A DNA stretch of 61,409 nt, filler included, from Bacteriovoracaceae bacterium (GCA_018649885.1; 6 parts of 6 records of this genome joined end to end with filler, not necessarily neighbours in it), one strand, 5' to 3'. Positions 30,457 through 41,317 are shown, numbered from the whole stretch's first letter. Notes: generated by a model not told the origin, from the letters alone. Translations and numbers: made by a program.

Positions 30457-30819
30457 ATGATAACGGCACATGCACTGAACAGTTCGTCGCGGGTTCGCCA
30501 CGGCTTTTTCACCCGCCAGGGGGGCGTCAGCCAGGGCTTGTACGGGTCTCTCAATTGCGGGTTTGGGTCCGGTGACAACCCCGACCATGTCGCCGCCAAC
30601 CGGGCCAACGCGCAGGCGCGCCTGGCCGGGGACAAAACCGGGGATAGCGAACTGGTGAGCGTCTATCAGGTCCATTCGCCGACCGTGGTCCATGTGAATG
30701 AGCCTTGGGCTCCCGGTGATGCGCCCCAGGCCGACGCCATGGTCACGGCCCGCCCGGGGGTCGCGTTGGGGGTGCTGACCGCCGATTGTGCGCCGGTGCT
30801 TTTTGCCGATGCCAATGCC
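30457..30819 (+). CDS. pgeF: 5' half of PgeF/YfiH (laccase-domain/purine nucleoside phosphorylase family), GC-rich and foreign to the rest of the contig
   Basis: HGFFTRQGGVS..SLNCG..D, QVHS, ADAMVT..PGVALGVLTADCAPVLFAD; the expected HAGW motif is absent. Confidence 0.85.
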
Positions 30820-31051
30820 AATGCGCCCGATGCCAATGCCAATGAGACCTATGCCAATGCCTATGCCGATGAGACCGACGCCAATGCCTATACGCCCGAT
30901 GCCAATGCCGATGAGACCTATGCCAATGCCCATGCGTCCGATGCCAATGATCGAAATGAATAGTTCTATAAATAATACGGTCCTTGAAAAGGCCTTACGA
31001 TTAGAACCGTTAAAGGTGCCGCTAATTTACGATTCCACTCAAATTAAGTGA
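30806..31051 (+). CDS. 3' end of a host protein containing a Pro-Met/Arg-Pro-Met repeat
   Basis: Repeat variation is mostly synonymous in this frame (Pro CCA/CCG/CCT/CCC; Arg CGC/AGA/CGT); the frame continues into AT-rich sequence and a hairpin follows at 31065-31092. Confidence 0.7.
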   Translation, partial: PMPMPMRPMPMPMRPMPMPMPMRPTPMPIRPMPMPMRPMPMPMRPMPMIEMNSSINNTVLEKALRLEPLKVPLIYDSTQIK

Positions 31052-31115
31052 TTTAAGCTGTTATCAAGAGTAGGGATGTGACCCTGCTCTTGTTAAAAAA
31101 TAGAAGGGCATTTTT

Positions 31116-34100
31116 ATGAATTTAAGATTTATTTTAATTTCATCACTTTTTATACTTTCGGGCCTGACCAGCTTAGTTTATGAAGGGCTTTGGATAAGGG
31201 CCTTATCTCTTGGGGTTGGATCTACTTCAGCTTCGATTAGTATTGTGCTTTCAATATTTTTCTTTGGTTTATCTATTGGAAGTTACTTTGTGGGAAAAAT
31301 CGCACATAAAATAAATAACCCGCTAAAACTTTATGCAATGCTCGAGGGTGGTATTGGCCTTTATAGTGGGGCCTTAATTTATCTCCTGCTAAAGTTTCAA
31401 ACAATTATTTCTTGGTTGCCTTTTGGAGGAAGCTTAGAAGGTGTCGCTCATGTTTTAAAATTCCTAGTAGTTTTTGGATTATTAATAGCTCCTACAATTG
31501 CGATGGGAGCTAGTTTACCATTACTAATAAAAATCTTTGTTAAAGATGATAAAAAAGTTGGTCGTTATGTCAGTCTTTTATATGGAATTAATACCATCGG
31601 AGGAGCTTTAGGAGCTTTTCTTTTCGGGTTTTGGCTATTACCAAGCTTTGGGGTAACAGGCACTAATCATGCAATGGTTGTTCTCAATATACTTGTTGCT
31701 ATTACTGGCCTATTGATGGCCAGAAGCTCTGGCCCAATTTTTATAAGTCTAAATTTTAAAGAGCTATTTGTTAAGGAAAATACTATTATTAAAACTCCTT
31801 TAAACTTACAAAACTCAGTACTACTAGCATTATGTTTTTTAACGGGATTTACATCTATTTCCAGTGAAGTCGTTTGGAATAAGTATCTAGGAATATTTTT
31901 TGGGACAAATATTTTTGGCCTTGGAATAATACTGACGATTTATTTAGTTGGTATTGCACTAGGGTCTTTCTTGCTTTCACTTTTTATACATAAAATTAAA
32001 AATCTTAAGTCGTTTTTTGCAGGAATGCTTATTGTGACATGTATAACAATGTCATTCGTTGGACAATTTCTAAATCAACTACCGATCGTTGCAAATATAA
32101 TTGGGTACTATATCCCGGCCTTTAGTTTATTTAGTATTAAAACTTTTTTAAGTTTTCTCGTACTATTCGTACCTACATCACTTCTCGGTTCACTCCTGCC
32201 TCTGGCAATACATATAATTGGCCAAAAAGCAGAAGAAGCACCTTTTGTTGCAGCAAAAGCGTATTCATTAAATACAATCGGAGCCATTTTAGGTTCAGGA
32301 TTAGCTGGACTGGTACTACTACCAAGTATTGGTTCATCAGCGACAATTCAAGTTTCTGTAGGAATTCTTATTCTTGGAAGCCTTTACTACTGCTATATCT
32401 CAATTCAAAATAAGACGTTGGTGGTATTTTCTTCGATAACCTTAACTCTTGTGGGAACCTTTTTAATTACACATTCAAGTATTGATTTTAGAAATATTAT
32501 TCGATCAGCTTATATCCAAAACAGTAACACTTCACTTGGAGTTTCCCAGCTATGGGAAGCCTTGAATACCAAAAATGAAGATTTTAAGCTTTTGGTTGAA
32601 GGAAAGACAGCTGTTATAAGTCTGAGTCATGACATTCAAGATGGGGAAAACAAGCAAAATACTCTTAGATTAAAAACAAATGGTTTAAATGAGTCGTATT
32701 ATGATCTAAATCGACTCAACTTGATTCCCAAGTATGAAGGTTTGCTAGCGCTTGCTCCTTACATCTTTAAAAAAGATGTTCAAAAAGCATTTGTCGTAGG
32801 CCTTGGAGGAGGTTACACCGTTGATCTCTTAACAAGTCTCGATATTCCCAATGTGTACGTTTCCGAACTTGAACAGGGGGTACTCGAAGCGGCTAACTAT
32901 ATTTACAAAGGGAAAAACCCAATTTTAAGTCGACCAAATTTGCATCTAGAGGTAGAGGATGCTCGATTTAGTATGGTTTCCAAAAAATATGGAAAGTTTG
33001 ATATCATTATCTCTCAGCCCTCTCACTCTTGGCTTTCTGGGGTTGCAAATCTTTTTACCAAAGAATATTTCGAAGTAGTGAAGTCTAATCTCAACCAGGG
33101 AGGAATCTTTTCTCAATGGATGAATCTTTATAATACCGATTCAGTAGTTTTAGATTCTATCTTACAAACTTTTTACTCGGTGTTCCCGCATGGTGTGATC
33201 CTTTCTGATGTTGGCGATGCTCAAATGATAATGATTGGTTCTATGAAACCACTAGAAATCAATTTAGATAAATTAGAGGCCGTTTTAGCAAATAAGAAGA
33301 TTAAGAACTCTTTAGAGTTCCTCAACCTTTACAAGAAAGAAGACGTGCTGGGCCACTTTTGGTCAACACGAGAAAAAATGCTTACTCGCCCAAAGCAAAA
33401 AATTAATACAGATGAGAATGCTTATGCCGAAGTATACCAAAGCAAATTGTTTTACAGAAATGATGACACTAGTGCTACGGATGAATATTTAAAAAAGAAC
33501 TATGATGTGGAGCTTACAGCTAAACTTTTTAAATCAGATTCAACTGATAAAATGAAAAAGTTAATAGAAGTTCTTTTATCTCAGCAAAAGTACGAAAAGC
33601 TTTACAGTTTGTTACCAGAATATGAAAACATGATTAAAAATGATGTTAAGAGCTATATTGCCCACGCAAAGGTTTTGACTGAGGTGAATCTATATCGGAG
33701 TGCTACAAATTACCTTGAAAAGGCAATAATGCTTAATCCCTCAAAAGAAGTTCTTAATGACCTGATGGCAACATTAATTTCTTCAAAGAATCCATTAAAA
33801 GCAATTTCTTATGCAAGTAAGTATTCAAACGTCATGGATTCAATGGGAGAATGTTACCTGGCCGAAGCTTATCTTCAAGGAAAAATGAAAGAAAAATATA
33901 CAAATATTGTTTCAAAAATGATCACGAACACTGAAAATTATAGAGATAAATGTGGATCACAATATAATGTGATTATGGGACAGTATTATTATTCAATAAA
34001 TAAATTCAAGCAAGCATTACCATACCTAGAATCTCACTATGCTTTATTCCAAGAAGATATTGGCAACGTTGAACGCTTGGTGGTTAGCTATATTAAAACA

Positions 34101-34247
34101 GGGCAATCAAATACTGCCTATGAATATTCCAGCTACCTTGCAACCCTAGCTCAAACCTGGAATGGCCAAATTGAAGGACTGATCCCTTACTTCAAAGAAC
34201 TTGGCCATGTTGCAGATGCAATGGTGCTCGAAAGATTGAAATATTAG
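31116..34247 (+). CDS. Multi-TM membrane domain fused to spermidine-synthase-like SAM-binding domain, with TPR-like tail
   Basis: SGLTSLVYE, LYGINTIGG, VVGLGGGYT, EDAR, FDIIISQPSHSWLSGVANLFTKEYF. Confidence 0.9.
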   Translation: MNLRFILISSLFILSGLTSLVYEGLWIRALSLGVGSTSASISIVLSIFFFGLSIGSYFVGKIAHKINNPLKLYAMLEGGIGLYSGALIYLLLKFQTIISWLPFGGSLEGVAHVLKFLVVFGLLIAPTIAMGASLPLLIKIFVKDDKKVGRYVSLLYGINTIGGALGAFLFGFWLLPSFGVTGTNHAMVVLNILVAITGLLMARSSGPIFISLNFKELFVKENTIIKTPLNLQNSVLLALCFLTGFTSISSEVVWNKYLGIFFGTNIFGLGIILTIYLVGIALGSFLLSLFIHKIKNLKSFFAGMLIVTCITMSFVGQFLNQLPIVANIIGYYIPAFSLFSIKTFLSFLVLFVPTSLLGSLLPLAIHIIGQKAEEAPFVAAKAYSLNTIGAILGSGLAGLVLLPSIGSSATIQVSVGILILGSLYYCYISIQNKTLVVFSSITLTLVGTFLITHSSIDFRNIIRSAYIQNSNTSLGVSQLWEALNTKNEDFKLLVEGKTAVISLSHDIQDGENKQNTLRLKTNGLNESYYDLNRLNLIPKYEGLLALAPYIFKKDVQKAFVVGLGGGYTVDLLTSLDIPNVYVSELEQGVLEAANYIYKGKNPILSRPNLHLEVEDARFSMVSKKYGKFDIIISQPSHSWLSGVANLFTKEYFEVVKSNLNQGGIFSQWMNLYNTDSVVLDSILQTFYSVFPHGVILSDVGDAQMIMIGSMKPLEINLDKLEAVLANKKIKNSLEFLNLYKKEDVLGHFWSTREKMLTRPKQKINTDENAYAEVYQSKLFYRNDDTSATDEYLKKNYDVELTAKLFKSDSTDKMKKLIEVLLSQQKYEKLYSLLPEYENMIKNDVKSYIAHAKVLTEVNLYRSATNYLEKAIMLNPSKEVLNDLMATLISSKNPLKAISYASKYSNVMDSMGECYLAEAYLQGKMKEKYTNIVSKMITNTENYRDKCGSQYNVIMGQYYYSINKFKQALPYLESHYALFQEDIGNVERLVVSYIKTGQSNTAYEYSSYLATLAQTWNGQIEGLIPYFKELGHVADAMVLERLKY

Positions 34248-34519
34248 GTACGTCCACATCTTTGCAGAAAGGCCAATAAACTGAAACCGAACTGAACAGT
34301 ACACTGTTAACCGCTAACATGTTAACAGTTAACGGTGCACCGCTAAGCTTAAAAAACCCTAAACCCCCTCAACACTCTTCAGAAGCCTCCAAATCAAACC
34401 CCCAACTCTATCCCCAAGAAGCGCCACCTCACTCCCCGGACAATAAATCTCCAATATAGTCCGAGACTCCCTAAGAGAAGCATAAGCAATCCGATAAAAC
34501 CTCCTCTTCTCCTTCCTCC

Positions 34520-34639
34520 GAAAAAGGTGAAAAAGGAAAAAGGTGCCAAAGAAAAAGGTGCAGAAAAAGGTGCCAGCAGAAAAGGAAAAAGGTGCCAGGG
34601 AAAAAGGCAGGGAAAAAGGTGCCAGGGAAAAAGGTGCCA
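34520..34639 (+). repeat. Array of 10 truncated 5' prefixes (GAAAAAGG...) of the RAYT element left end
   Basis: Units of 9,7,15,12,16,6,15,12,15,13 nt, each starting GAAAA(A)G. Confidence 0.9.
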
Positions 34640-35389
34640 GAAAAAGGTGCCAGGGTCAGTACGGGATGCGTTGCAATTCTGATTTTATTTTAGTCAGGCC
34701 TAACTATGAAAAGGACAATATAGGGCATTGTGATAACTCATACTCATGGCCCGTAAATTACTAATTCGAACAGATCAATTTCCATACCATGTCACTACCA
34801 GATCAAGAAATAAAGATTGGTATGACTTACCAATGAATGATGTTTGGGAAATTTACATGAAAGCATTTGAGAAAGCACTTTCAAAGCACCCGGTAAAAAT
34901 ACACGCCTTTGTCCTAATGAGTAATCATTATCATTTACTCTTGATGACAATAGGTCAAAATATTGATCAATTTATGAGGGAGTTTAATCAAAGCGTAAGT
35001 TTATCGATACGCTTGAAAACCAAAAGAATTAATCAAATTTTTGGAAGTAGATATAGGTGGTCTATTGTGCAAAATGAAAATTATCTCAACAATATCTATC
35101 GCTATATTTTTCGAAATCCCGTTGAGGCAGGCATATGCCGGAACTGTGAAGATTACCGTTATAGCAGTATCTCTTCTTTTCCATGGCCCTTAACAGAATT
35201 AGTTGAAATTAATACCCAAGAATTCAAGAACTGGATTAACTCGATAAGTGATGAGAACGAGTATTTCTACATAAAGAAAGGGTTACAAAAGAAAATATTC
35301 TCACCTCCAAAAAACCCCTCAACAAAAAAGAAGATTCAATTGCCCAGCTTTAACCAACGCAGCCCGTACTGACCCTGGCACCTTTTTTC
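34640..35389 (+). mobile_element. RAYT/Y1 HUH transposase element with 33-bp terminal inverted repeats
   Basis: AAAAAGGTGCCAGGGTCAGTACGGG[A/C]TGCGTTG at 34641-34673 and inverted at 35355-35387 (32/33 identical); left end repeated at 56540. Confidence 0.85.
34746..35372 (+). CDS. REP-associated tyrosine transposase (RAYT, Y1_Tnp family)
   Basis: PYHVTTR, AFVLMSNHYHLLL (HUH motif), YIFRNPVEAG (catalytic Tyr), YRYSS. Confidence 0.93.
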   Translation: MARKLLIRTDQFPYHVTTRSRNKDWYDLPMNDVWEIYMKAFEKALSKHPVKIHAFVLMSNHYHLLLMTIGQNIDQFMREFNQSVSLSIRLKTKRINQIFGSRYRWSIVQNENYLNNIYRYIFRNPVEAGICRNCEDYRYSSISSFPWPLTELVEINTQEFKNWINSISDENEYFYIKKGLQKKIFSPPKNPSTKKKIQLPSFNQRSPY

Positions 35390-35489
35390 NNNNNNNNNNN
35401 NNNNNNNNNNNNNNNNNNNNNNNNNNNNNNNNNTTAATTAATTAANNNNNNNNNNNNNNNNNNNNNNNNNNNNNNNNNNNNNNNNNNNN
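35390..35489. other. Artificial contig linker
   Basis: 44 N + TTAATTAATTAA + 44 N. Confidence 0.98.
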
Positions 35490-36720
35490 TAAGCTTTTTA
35501 AGAACTTTTTTAATTTTCCCTTCATCACCGACACTAAAAAGGCCCGCGAGGTATTTTATGGGAAGTCTGCACTTATCAATTGAAGTAAAAAAGTGCTCAC
35601 TAGTTGTATCGTAAGCGTTGTCACCCATTTTACCCATAATAGGTAGTAGTGGTGGAACATAGAAAAGCATGGGAGATGTTCTATATTCTGCGTGAAGAGG
35701 AAGAGCTAGGCCCCACTCTTTAACCCACTTAAAAATCGGTGATTTTTGAGCTGATTCAATAATTGAATGGTGTACACCATTTTTTGTAGCCGCTTCAATT
35801 ACTGCTGGATCATTAGGATCCAAAATCGCATCCATTTGAGCATCAATTAGTTGATCATCTTCAGAGTGAACTAGTGTTTCAATTTTATCGGCATCGTAGA
35901 GAAGAACCCCAATATAACGAATTCGACCAACACACGAGTGCATACATGCTGGAGCCTCTCCAACTTCAAGTCGCGGATAACAAAGAAGACATTTCTCTGA
36001 TTTACCTGCAGACCAGTTGTAGTAGGTTTTTTTGTAAGGACAAGCTGTTACACACATCCTCCAAGCACGACATTTTTCTTGATTGATCAGGACAACTCCG
36101 TCCTCACCTCTTTTATAAATCGCACCCGATGGGCATGAAGCCACACAAGCAGGATTGAGACAGTGATTACAAATCCTTGGCAGATACATCATCACCATTT
36201 TTTCTAAGCTATCAAGAGACTCTCTTTCTTCTTTTTCAAGAACATCATAGTTGGGATCATTTTTGGCGTAGAGCTCAGAGCCACTTAAATCATCATCCCA
36301 GTTTGGTCCAGAGCTGACTTCCATTTTTTCACCAGTGATCATTGATACTGGTCTTGCCACTGGTTGATCATCTCCCTCAGGGGAATCAATCAAATCAGAA
36401 TAGGTGTAATTCCAAGGATGGTAATAATCCTCAAGAACGGGAAGTTTGGGATTATGGAAAATATTTTTTAATCCTCTGAACTTACCAGCACCTTTAAGAC
36501 TAACTTTATTGCCTTTTTTCTCCCAGCCACCTCGGTAGTCATCTTGATCTTCCCAGCGGTGTGGATAACCAGTTCCTGGTTTTGTTTCCACATTATTCCA
36601 CCACATATACTCAGCACCTTTTCTATCGGTCCAGAGATTTTTACAGGCAACAGAGCAGGTGTGACATCCAATACACTTATCGAGATGAAAAACCATTGCA
36701 ATTTGAGACCTAACATTCAT
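35490..36720 (-). CDS. narH: Respiratory nitrate reductase beta subunit, 3' truncated
   Basis: LDKCIGCHTCSVACK, YMWWNNVETKPG, CNHCLNPACVASCPSGA, CRAWRMCVTACPYKK. Confidence 0.97.
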
Positions 36721-36741
36721 ATTTATAATCCTTCGCTTAAT

Positions 36742-39700
36742 CTACCATTCAACACTATCGAGTTTTCTAACCAAAATAAAAGTATCTCTATTGACTCCAG
36801 TAGGACCCCAATAGTTAAAGTGGTAAGTAAATTGACCATACCCACCAAGCATTAAGTTTGGTTTAAGGTGAACTCTAGTTAGTGAATTGTTCATCCCTGC
36901 ACGTTTGTTTCCACGTATTGGAGATTTAGGCACTGAGTAAGTTCTCTCAGTAGCGTGGTAAACAAAACACATTCCAGGAGGAATTCTGTAACTGACATTG
37001 GCCCTAGTCACGACAACACCGTTGTCATTAAAGACTTCAACATACTCATTGTCTTTGAGTCCTAACTTGTCAGCGTCTTCTGGAGAGATCCAAAATGGTT
37101 CAGCCCCTCTAGAGAGAGTCAACATTCTATGGGTGTCTCCATAGGTTGAGTGAATATGCCACTTACCGTGTGGGGTAAGATAGTTCAGCTTAAGACAATT
37201 TCCTTCAGCTTCTGTGACTCTTAAATCCCCATAGGCTTCTGGTGTTGGAGATGGCTTGTAAGTTGGAAGATGTTCTCCAAATCCGATATAACCTTCGTGA
37301 TCAAGGTAAAGACTTTGCCTTCCAGTAATTGTTCTCCAAGGAACCATTCTATCAACGTTGTAAGAGAAAGCTGTGTAGGCCCTTCCCTCATCAATCAGCC
37401 CTGACCACATCGCTGCATTGTGAAGTCTAGTTGGCTTTGCTTGAATATCTTTAAAGCACAGTCTCTTGCCTCTGTTTTGCTCAGCAAGATCAGTTAGTTG
37501 AAGACCCGTCTTCTTCTCCATGGTTTGATAGCCTCTGTAAGCTAGCTCTCCATTGGTGACTGAGGCCAAATTAAGTATGGCATTACAAGCGTGCATGTCT
37601 TCTTTTAAAGAAGGATATTTAACGCCATCAACCTCACAAGTTGGACCTTCTGCAACCATTTTGTCGTAGAAGTCTTCAATAGGATAACTAACTCCGTGAG
37701 CTCCAAGGCCCCCCTTTCTAGGATTGGGTCCAAAGCTACAAAACTTATCATAAATTTTTGTGTAATCTCTTTCCACGACCACCAAATTGTACATAGTCTT
37801 GCCAGGAATCGCTTCACACTCACCTTTCTTCCAATCTTTAATTGAAGGTTGTGCAAGCTCTGCTGGTGTATCGTGCATAAGAGGTAGAGCTACAATATCT
37901 TTTACAGGCTCAGTAAAATGATTTTTAGACATTTCCTGAGTTGCGTAGGCAATATCTCTAAAAATATTCCAGTCAGACTTTGATTCCCAAACAGGAGGAA
38001 TCGCTGGTGAAAGTGGGTGGATAAAAGTGTGCATATCCGTTGTATTGAGATCTGCCTTTTCATACCAAGAGGCAGTTGGCAGAACAATATCTGAATACAG
38101 AGCACTAGTGTCCATTCTGAAGTTGACATCAATAATCAAATCCATTTTTCCAGTAGGCGCTTTCTCATACCACTTAATTTCTTCGACATGCTCTTTAGCT
38201 ACATCATCGTGGGCAATAGCATTAGTATGTGTGCCCAAGTAATGCTTTAAGAAATACTCGTGTCCTTTAGAGCTGGTTCCAATGGCATTCCCTCTCCAAA
38301 TATACCAAACCCTTGGAAAACTATCGGGAGAATCTATATCTTCAATAGCTGGATTAACTTCGCCACTTTTGATTTTATCCAGTACGTATTTTTTAATGTC
38401 TTCATCGTTAGCAGCTCCACTATCTTGAGCCTCTTTACACAGATCAAGAGGGTTCTGTGTATATTGAGGGTAGAAGGGAAGCCAACCACACCTTACGGCT
38501 TTGGCATTCAAGTCAGCAGTATGACCTTTAGAAATTGGGTGCTGCTCAGGAGAAGCATTAATTTCATTATAAGGAGTATCGTATCTCCACTGATCCGTGT
38601 GCATATAGTGCCATGATGGAGCATTTTGAAGTCTTACTGGTCCTTGCCAATCTTTTGCAAAAGCAATGGCACCCCAAGGTTCTGCTGGAGCTAGTTTTTC
38701 TTGCCCAACATAGTGATTGAGTCCACCACCATTTTTACCAACACAACCAGTAAAAATAAGTGCATTAATTGCGGCCCTATAGATTAAATTATTGTGGTAC
38801 CAGTGATCAATACCGGCACCGATGATTACGCTACACTTACCTTCGGTAAACTTAGCAGTTCTACACCAGTCATTGGCGAACTGAATGATTGTGCTTCTAT
38901 CTATTCCAGTGAACCTTTCTTGCCATGCTGGCGTGTAACTATGCTCAGTATCATCATATGAATCTGGATAGTCTCCACCAAGACCTCTATTGACACCGTA
39001 TTGGGCCATTAGAAGATCGTATACTGTTGTATAGGTTTTCTTCCCTTCAGCTGTTTCAATATGCTTTACAGGAACGCCTCTTGCAAAATGCTTTTCTGTA
39101 GCAAATTCCACAAAATCCACATTTAAGACTTCATCATTTGAGTCTTTAAGAGTAAGCACTGGCTTAATATCTGAGCCATCAATACTATCTTTAAGAAGAA
39201 GATTCCACTGGCCTTGTTTTTCTTGCCAGCGGTGACCCATGGAGCCCATTGGCATTTTTAGAGCGCCTGACTCATCTTGCATTAGAAATTTCCAATCACC
39301 GTTTTCTTCGCCTTTGTATTTATCAAGTAAGCCTGCCCTTAAAAATTTTCCAGGAACAAGTTTGCCACTCTGATTTTCAATTTCCACGAGAAATGGATTA
39401 TCTGAATATTTCTTTTGGTAATCTAAAAAGTATTCTGTTGGATTCTTGTAGTGGGACTCAGTTAAAATAACATGATTAACCGCCATCCAAAATGCTCCAT
39501 CTTGACCTTGATGAAGTGGAACCCACTGGTCAGCAAATTTCGCAACTTGTGAAAAGTCAGGGGATAGAACAACAACCTTAGTACCATTGATTTTTGCTTC
39601 TGGAATAAAGTGGCAATCAGGAGTTCTAGTCATATTGAGGTTGGCGCCCATAATGGCCACAAACTTTGAATTGTACCAATCAGCTGATTCGCCTACATCT

Positions 39701-40356
39701 GTTTGCTCTCCCCAAGTCTCTGGAGATGCTGGAGGTAAGTCACAATACCAATCATAAAATGAAAGACACACACCACCCATTAATTGAAGAAACCTCGCCC
39801 CTGCCGCATAAGAAATTTGTGACATGGCAGGTATTGGAGAAAACCCAGTAACTCTATCGGGTCCGTATTTTTTAATTGTTCTAATATTGGCAGCGGCCAT
39901 AATTTCTAGGACTTGTTTCCAATTGGCCCTTCTAAATCCGCCCTTTCCTCTAGCTCTTTGGTAACGCGTTCTAAGAGCGTCGTCATTTTGAATATAATCC
40001 CAAGCCTCTACAGGATTAGCACATTTTGCTTTTGCCTCTTCCCAGATATCGAGAAGCGCGCCTCTAAAATAAGGATATTTAATTCTAATAGGACTATATA
40101 AATACCAACTAAAAGAGATACCTCTTTGGCACCCTCTCGGCTCATAGGGAGGAATATTTTTATCAAAAATAGGATAGTCAGTGGCCTGAAGTTCCCAAGT
40201 CACAATCCCATCTTTCACGCACACATTCCATGAGCATGAACCTGTACAGTTAACCCCGTGTGTAGAGCGCACGATTTTGTCGTGTTGAAAACGGTTTCTG
40301 TAAAATTCTTCCCACTGTCTTGTTTTGGGTGAAACTATATCGTTAATCCAACTCAT
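36742..40356 (-). CDS. narG: Respiratory nitrate reductase alpha subunit (Mo-bisPGD), no Tat signal
   Basis: [64 protein letters not shown]. Confidence 0.97.
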   Translation of the reverse strand: MSWINDIVSPKTRQWEEFYRNRFQHDKIVRSTHGVNCTGSCSWNVCVKDGIVTWELQATDYPIFDKNIPPYEPRGCQRGISFSWYLYSPIRIKYPYFRGALLDIWEEAKAKCANPVEAWDYIQNDDALRTRYQRARGKGGFRRANWKQVLEIMAAANIRTIKKYGPDRVTGFSPIPAMSQISYAAGARFLQLMGGVCLSFYDWYCDLPPASPETWGEQTDVGESADWYNSKFVAIMGANLNMTRTPDCHFIPEAKINGTKVVVLSPDFSQVAKFADQWVPLHQGQDGAFWMAVNHVILTESHYKNPTEYFLDYQKKYSDNPFLVEIENQSGKLVPGKFLRAGLLDKYKGEENGDWKFLMQDESGALKMPMGSMGHRWQEKQGQWNLLLKDSIDGSDIKPVLTLKDSNDEVLNVDFVEFATEKHFARGVPVKHIETAEGKKTYTTVYDLLMAQYGVNRGLGGDYPDSYDDTEHSYTPAWQERFTGIDRSTIIQFANDWCRTAKFTEGKCSVIIGAGIDHWYHNNLIYRAAINALIFTGCVGKNGGGLNHYVGQEKLAPAEPWGAIAFAKDWQGPVRLQNAPSWHYMHTDQWRYDTPYNEINASPEQHPISKGHTADLNAKAVRCGWLPFYPQYTQNPLDLCKEAQDSGAANDEDIKKYVLDKIKSGEVNPAIEDIDSPDSFPRVWYIWRGNAIGTSSKGHEYFLKHYLGTHTNAIAHDDVAKEHVEEIKWYEKAPTGKMDLIIDVNFRMDTSALYSDIVLPTASWYEKADLNTTDMHTFIHPLSPAIPPVWESKSDWNIFRDIAYATQEMSKNHFTEPVKDIVALPLMHDTPAELAQPSIKDWKKGECEAIPGKTMYNLVVVERDYTKIYDKFCSFGPNPRKGGLGAHGVSYPIEDFYDKMVAEGPTCEVDGVKYPSLKEDMHACNAILNLASVTNGELAYRGYQTMEKKTGLQLTDLAEQNRGKRLCFKDIQAKPTRLHNAAMWSGLIDEGRAYTAFSYNVDRMVPWRTITGRQSLYLDHEGYIGFGEHLPTYKPSPTPEAYGDLRVTEAEGNCLKLNYLTPHGKWHIHSTYGDTHRMLTLSRGAEPFWISPEDADKLGLKDNEYVEVFNDNGVVVTRANVSYRIPPGMCFVYHATERTYSVPKSPIRGNKRAGMNNSLTRVHLKPNLMLGGYGQFTYHFNYWGPTGVNRDTFILVRKLDSVEW

Positions 40357-40367
40357 TACTTATTCTC

Positions 40368-41183
40368 CTAAACTGGTCTTCTTGTTTTCTTTCTTCTATC
40401 ACGCCAAATCAGATCAACTACACCTAGAGCGAGCAGCAGTCCTACCACTCCTAAGAAAATGAATTTTTTGGTATAGCCAAGAGACGAAATCTTTTCGCCC
40501 TCTCGATCTGACTTAAATAGAAATGATTTTAATTGGTAGACTTCGTCTTCTGTTAAGGCTTTCCCTCTATAGACTTCATCCATGATAGGAAAAGAGATTC
40601 TAGTTAGAACCTTACTGACGCCCTTGTCATTATAACTTGAATAAGTGTGAGTCAGATCTGGACCGAGAAGTCCTCCTCCCAAAAAGCCAGCACTTCCCGC
40701 AGAGTGACAAGATAGGCAAGCTGGCCCACCTTTTTCAAAAGCAAGCGTTCCTACAAATAGCTGCTCTCCCCTATCGATTTCCCAGGTTTTAGCATTCAAG
40801 GCTGACTTTACCTTTTTAGCTGCGGCTAGTCCCGCTCCGCCATTTTCAATAAAAGATAATAGATCGGCGATTTCATCATCACTATATGTCTGGTCGGGCA
40901 TTTTCTTTTTGCGGTACTTATTAAAGAGTTTGATAGCGTATTCATCACCCTCTCCAATAACGGCTTGTGATTCTTTAATAAAACGAATCAGCCACGCCTT
41001 GTCCTTTCTTTTTGAAACACCTTTAAGATCTGGACCCACGTCATCCCCACCACCAACGGTATGGCAGCTAGAACACTTCTTCTCAAAAACCTGAGCTGGA
41101 TCAAATCCAAAGGAGTTAAAACTTACAAGAATTAGTGTAAATACACATAAAAACCATTTACTCTTTTGAAGCATCACAATCAT
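40368..41183 (-). CDS. Membrane-anchored diheme cytochrome c (NarC-like)
   Basis: Signal peptide, CSSCH and CLSCH heme motifs, two GPDL, C-terminal TM helix; ends 11 nt before narG. Confidence 0.88.
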   Translation of the reverse strand: MIVMLQKSKWFLCVFTLILVSFNSFGFDPAQVFEKKCSSCHTVGGGDDVGPDLKGVSKRKDKAWLIRFIKESQAVIGEGDEYAIKLFNKYRKKKMPDQTYSDDEIADLLSFIENGGAGLAAAKKVKSALNAKTWEIDRGEQLFVGTLAFEKGGPACLSCHSAGSAGFLGGGLLGPDLTHTYSSYNDKGVSKVLTRISFPIMDEVYRGKALTEDEVYQLKSFLFKSDREGEKISSLGYTKKFIFLGVVGLLLALGVVDLIWRDRRKKTRRPV

Positions 41184-41260
41184 AACTCCGAAATTTATTG
41201 TACTGTTTGACAATACTTTAATATATTTAACTAAATTTACACGGTTACTAGTCAAACAAG

Positions 41261-41280
41261 AATATGATCATAATCATATT
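41261..41280. promoter_or_regulatory. FNR/CRP-family-like palindromic box upstream of the cytochrome c-narGH operon
   Basis: AATATGAT-CATA-ATCATATT, compared with FNR consensus TTGAT-N4-ATCAA. Confidence 0.6.
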
Positions 41281-41317
41281 TTGCAAATAGAAAACTTACC
41301 TGACAAAAGGAATTATA

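Noticed and set aside
30394..30963. GIGIG-repeat ORF (minus strand) and PgeF with a DANA-repeat tail
   Set aside because: Alternative frames of the Pro-Met repeat; synonymous codon variation supports only the PMPMR frame.
34520..34640. GAAAAAGG arrays as a CRISPR array
   Set aside because: No constant-length repeat, no unique spacers and no cas genes; the units are prefixes of the adjacent element end.
36742..40356. Nitrite oxidoreductase or periplasmic nitrate reductase
   Set aside because: No Tat signal, and the narK plus FNR-like context fits a cytoplasm-facing NarG; phylogeny is needed for formal exclusion.
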